DNA of 64,000 nucleotides from a virus: IMG/VR virus record IMGVR_UViG_3300027708_000033, positions 32,001 to 96,000 of that record; one strand, 5' to 3'. Shown piece by piece: positions 60,829 to 64,000 of this stretch (position 1 is its first letter; each line of letters starts with the position of its first letter). The notes under the pieces were generated by a model. It saw only the letters and a program-made list of their open reading frames with translations, ran no database searches and was not told where the DNA came from. The position numbers and the translations under genes were made by a program.

Positions 60829-61485
60829 CTACGGAAGTGACGGGTCCTGGTCGATAATCCGGTTGTATGTAACCGTGGCATTTCCGTTTTCCTGGGAAAC
60901 ATCCGCAACAGATTGAATGACGGTCAACATACCTTTTCTGTATGAATGAATCATCATCCCGTTGCCTAAATAGATTCCACTGTGGAACGAGTAATAACTC
61001 TTTCGGTAGTGAAACGCTACGATGTCTCCGGGTTCTGGATTTGCGGTTCGTGTTCCTGTGTGCGATTGCACCGTAGCTGAATGTTTCAGCGTGATACCTA
61101 ATTGCTGATACGTCCAGTACACAAGCCCAGAACAATCCCAACCCTGAGGACTAACACCGCTGTAAACATACCAAGTATGATTTGCAGTTTTCCTAAGGGT
61201 TTTGATTGTCTTCCGCATGTCCAATGTGTTTTGCACTCGTTTAGCCTGCGCAACCGCAAGTCTCTCCAGAAGCGTTTGCTTCCTGTGAGCTTCAGCTTCT
61301 AAGAAAGTCATCGGCTGGAAAGTTTTTCCCAGTTTGATTCCTTCGAAGTGCATTGGCTTTTCGATTGTAGTTGCAACTACCTTAACATTTTTAGGTGTTA
61401 CGGTATCCGCTCCTGCTGGCGTCTCTGGATAGTTTCCTCCAAAAACAACTACCGATACGAGCGCTGTTGTTATTAACCATTTCAT
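60829..61485 (-). CDS. Secreted NlpC/P60 peptidoglycan endopeptidase
   Basis: Signal-like MKWLITTALVSVVVFGG; coiled-coil spacer; GWDCSGLV, PGDIV.F, HSGIYLGNG.MIHS. Confidence 0.9.
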   Translation of the reverse strand: MKWLITTALVSVVVFGGNYPETPAGADTVTPKNVKVVATTIEKPMHFEGIKLGKTFQPMTFLEAEAHRKQTLLERLAVAQAKRVQNTLDMRKTIKTLRKTANHTWYVYSGVSPQGWDCSGLVYWTYQQLGITLKHSATVQSHTGTRTANPEPGDIVAFHYRKSYYSFHSGIYLGNGMMIHSYRKGMLTVIQSVADVSQENGNATVTYNRIIDQDPSLP

Positions 61486-61580
61486 TTAGCAGCCTACCTT
61501 TCCTTGCGTTAGTACTTAGCTGTTTATTGTCCGGTCTCCCTAATCCTGATTATCGACCTCAGGATTAGACTACTTTATCA

Positions 61581-61880
61581 CTAAGCCGCGGTAGAAAGGC
61601 TCTTTAGGCCCTTTGCGATTGCTGCCATTAGGTCCGAAGCCTCTCGCGTGTTGCGAACCGAAACGAACTCACCGGTCTTGATGCTGAAGACTAAATAGTC
61701 TTTTGTTTCAGTTGTTCGAAGGACCAATAGGCCGTGACGCTTGCGGTAGTACGCTGGAACATAGCCCGCAGGAATTTCGATTCCTGGCGCTAGGCGTGGA
61801 ACTGTTTCAACTCTGGTGCGATTTTTTACTGGAACCTTTTTGATTTTAGCCGCAGGTTCAGTGGTTTTGATTTCAGTCAT
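61581..61880 (-). CDS. Basic hypothetical protein
   Basis: RBS AGGAG; overlaps upstream stop. Confidence 0.7.
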   Translation of the reverse strand: MTEIKTTEPAAKIKKVPVKNRTRVETVPRLAPGIEIPAGYVPAYYRKRHGLLVLRTTETKDYLVFSIKTGEFVSVRNTREASDLMAAIAKGLKSLSTAA

Positions 61881-62103
61881 TTTGACTCCTTGTTGTTTGT
61901 TCTTCTTGTTTGATTAATTTGCCGCCCAGTGTGAGCAGCCAGATGGTGCAGATGATTACGAGCATCACTGCCCAAATCGTTAGGTAAGCTGCCCTACCAA
62001 TAAAGCCAAGAAAGCCTTCGCGATTTGCTAGTTCGGTCGCTGCGAACATTCCTTCCTTGGCTTTACGGTAGCCGCGTTCAAAAAGCGACTTGCGCTTAGT
62101 CAC
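61873..62103 (-). CDS. Small membrane protein
   Basis: TM segment AAYLTIWAVMLVIICTIWLLTL; GTG start near 62103 assumed. Confidence 0.6.
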   Translation of the reverse strand: MTKRKSLFERGYRKAKEGMFAATELANREGFLGFIGRAAYLTIWAVMLVIICTIWLLTLGGKLIKQEEQTTRSQND

Positions 62104-62323
62104 GCTTAGCACTGCGGCGTTCGATATAGCGTTCAATGTCTGGACCAAAAGTCCAGCCTAGAACCCATACCGTGCCGATGGTTGGAAGATTTTGTAGAAA
62201 GTCTACGAATCGTCCTTCTGCACCGAACGCAATCAGGATTATCCAGATAAACAGATAGCCTGCGTAAGAGAGCGGTACAGTGATGATGCTTACAAAGAAT
62301 CGTCTCAAAGTGTACTTGTCCAT
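62096..62323 (-). CDS. Small membrane protein
   Basis: Two hydrophobic segments; first gene behind P8. Confidence 0.75.
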   Translation of the reverse strand: MDKYTLRRFFVSIITVPLSYAGYLFIWIILIAFGAEGRFVDFLQNLPTIGTVWVLGWTFGPDIERYIERRSAKRD

Positions 62324-62395
62324 ATTTCCTCTTTTCGTCGTTACTAGGTTTTCCTAGTAATTCAATTATACTTCATTCTGCTTCAGAAGTACATC
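62324..62395 (-). promoter_or_regulatory. Early cassette P8 (spacer motif inverted)
   Basis: TGTACT-17nt(CTGAAGCAG)-TATAAT; TTACTAGG-AAAA-CCTAGTAA; CGACGAAAAGAGG. Confidence 0.8.
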
Positions 62396-62418
62396 GTTTT
62401 TTGAAACTTTTTGTAAGT

Positions 62419-62649
62419 TTAGTCGTTCTCGACTTCAATTACTTTTCCTGCCGCATCCTCGAGAACGTAGTATTCGGTGTCGATACCGCTGTTCTTCTCG
62501 AAGTACTCAGGGAGGTCTTCACCGTTGATGTCGCCTTCGGTGAGTTCCTTGAAGAGCCGCATGGCTTCTTCATCGGATGAGGCTTCGAATGAAGCCTTCC
62601 ACGATTCGACCACGTCGAACCTGAAGTTGTAGATTTTCTTTTCACTCAT
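62419..62649 (-). CDS. Small acidic hypothetical protein
   Basis: RBS GAGGAG; EA.S.EEA motif. Confidence 0.75.
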   Translation of the reverse strand: MSEKKIYNFRFDVVESWKASFEASSDEEAMRLFKELTEGDINGEDLPEYFEKNSGIDTEYYVLEDAAGKVIEVEND

Positions 62650-62651
62650 GT

Positions 62652-62960
62652 CTACTCCTCGTCTTCTTCGTAGTCTTCGTTCTCGACTTCTTCGGTGGTT
62701 TCAGTGAATACACAAGAAGAGTACTTCTTGTTCAATCGCTGAACTTCTTCCCACATGTACTCTTCAAGTTCTTCCTGGTCGCTGAAGTAGTGACGCTCTT
62801 TCCAGTCGCTGCTTGAGATGACTCCCTTGAAGTTCATCGTGAAGTACCAATCGTAGAACTCGTCGATTTGACCTGATGCTTCCAGCTTCCAGTCGCCGAA
62901 GTCGATTGTCGCCGTGGTGATTGTGATGTTCTTCATCTTGTTGTTTTCTTTATCAGTCAT
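62652..62960 (-). CDS. Acidic hypothetical early protein
   Basis: First gene behind P9; RBS AAGGAG. Confidence 0.75.
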   Translation of the reverse strand: MTDKENNKMKNITITTATIDFGDWKLEASGQIDEFYDWYFTMNFKGVISSSDWKERHYFSDQEELEEYMWEEVQRLNKKYSSCVFTETTEEVENEDYEEDEE

Positions 62961-63035
62961 ACTGACTCCTTCATTTTGTCGTTTCTGGATTTCTCCATGG
63001 TTCTATTATACAGCGTACTGAAGCAAATGTACACT
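62961..63035 (-). promoter_or_regulatory. Early cassette P9
   Basis: TGTACA-17nt(TTTGCTTCAG)-TATAAT; TGGA-GAAA-TCCA; AAACGACAAAA. Confidence 0.85.
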
Positions 63036-63060
63036 CATTTTGATAACTTTTTGGAAAGAT

Positions 63061-63405
63061 TTAATTTATTTTTGACATTTCCGCATAAGTCTTTAACTGT
63101 TGAATCTGCACTTCACTGATTCCCCGCGTGTCTCCACTGGAGTCGATGCCTCCCGTAAATACAACTGGACCAACGATGAAGTCTGTACCTCCGCAATACT
63201 TCACGAAGATAGATGTTGCAGCCTGATTGAATGGAAGTTTGGTCATCTTGCCATCTTCATTCGTCCACATGATGAGGTCTGGTGCTAGTCTGATTGGTTC
63301 AATGTAACCTCCAACCGCAGTCTGCATGGTTTTTAGTTGGTTGTCAACGAAAGGTATTACTTGTACCGCACCTTCAGGTGACATGATTGCCGCGAACTGT
63401 GACAT
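63061..63405 (-). CDS. DUF3846-like protein
   Basis: L..MQ.AVGGYIE..NEDGK...LP.N..A..DFIVGPVVFTG. Confidence 0.8.
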   Translation of the reverse strand: MSQFAAIMSPEGAVQVIPFVDNQLKTMQTAVGGYIEPIRLAPDLIMWTNEDGKMTKLPFNQAATSIFVKYCGGTDFIVGPVVFTGGIDSSGDTRGISEVQIQQLKTYAEMSKIN

Positions 63406-63415
63406 GGTTCTCTCC

Positions 63416-63766
63416 TTATTTCTTTTTCTTGTATTTGTTGCTGATGATTTCAGCAGCTTTTGGACGGTTCTCGTCTGAAGTTTCTTCTATCTCTACCCAG
63501 TCGCTGTCGTTCCAGCTAGAGGTTTCGATGATAACTAACCCATCTGCCATGCCGTAGTTTCCATCATCAGAGAAGTAATGGACGATTGGTTGTGTGAACA
63601 CGCGAGCTTCTTCAGTGTGCTCATCGATGGTGATTAGTTCCGCACCTTCTTCAGGTTCTACGAAGCCAGTTGCGATGAAGATTTCATCGGCACCGTTTTC
63701 TGCATCGCTAATGAAAGCCTCTGGACAGATTTCCTGGATTTTTGCTAGTAGTTCTTCTTTAGTCAT
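63416..63766 (-). CDS. Acidic hypothetical protein
   Basis: Start moved to MTKEELL (63766), RBS GAGGA. Confidence 0.7.
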   Translation of the reverse strand: MTKEELLAKIQEICPEAFISDAENGADEIFIATGFVEPEEGAELITIDEHTEEARVFTQPIVHYFSDDGNYGMADGLVIIETSSWNDSDWVEIEETSDENRPKAAEIISNKYKKKK

Positions 63767-63992
63767 TTGATACTTCCTCTGCTGTATACTCGCCAATAAA
63801 CTTGACGACGTCTGTTGACGATAGGTTTTCTGGATAGTTGGTGAACTTAGACAGGGCGATGCTCCAATCGCCTGCTATGATGCCGCACGCGTGCTCAGCA
63901 GTTTCTGCTGACACCTGGTAGCGGTAGGTGATTTTTATCGGTGGATTTCCGTTCACCGAGATTTGCCGTGAGACCGCAAACTTTTTGCTCAC
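63759..63992 (-). CDS. Hypothetical protein
   Basis: ORF in operon orientation overlapping the next start. Confidence 0.6.
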   Translation of the reverse strand: MSKKFAVSRQISVNGNPPIKITYRYQVSAETAEHACGIIAGDWSIALSKFTNYPENLSSTDVVKFIGEYTAEEVSND

Positions 63993-64000
63993 TAGTCCCA

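Noticed and set aside
1-64000. tRNA, tmRNA or rRNA genes; alternative genetic code
   Set aside because: No cloverleaf or rRNA-like segment recognised in the short intergenic gaps; TAG, TGA and TAA all end genes and long ORFs are intact in code 11

Overview
A 64-kb segment of a tailed dsDNA phage (siphovirus). Its gene order resembles Actinomycetota phages with separate hexamer and pentamer capsid proteins; a low-GC actinobacterial host is my inference. Almost all genes lie on the - strand. In transcription order (right to left) the window holds: (1) an early/accessory region (52.8-64 kb) of small ORFs behind nine copies of a promoter-hairpin-RBS cassette, with secreted cell-wall hydrolases and the large terminase; (2) a head module: portal, Dps ferritin, a Cys-rich HiPIP-like protein, a 3599-aa multi-enzyme protein, a ~1690-aa protease polyprotein and two capsid proteins; (3) a tail module; (4) a DNA-metabolism module: kinase-UDG fusion, dCMP-type thymidylate synthase homologue, dCMP deaminase, PolA, RuvC-like resolvase and an SNF2 helicase running off the left edge. 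Strongest observations: two adjacent tail proteins built as 'Russian dolls' of domains inserted 5-6 deep into each other; a strand-polar pentamer (CCGCA, ~49 vs ~4 copies of its reverse complement) confined to the early region regardless of gene direction; the 3599-aa head-module protein with exonuclease, kinase, WYL and two ADP-ribosyltransferase-like domains; and a probable cytosine-modification cassette alongside near-absence of GATC. All family assignments and counts were made by eye; no searches were run.
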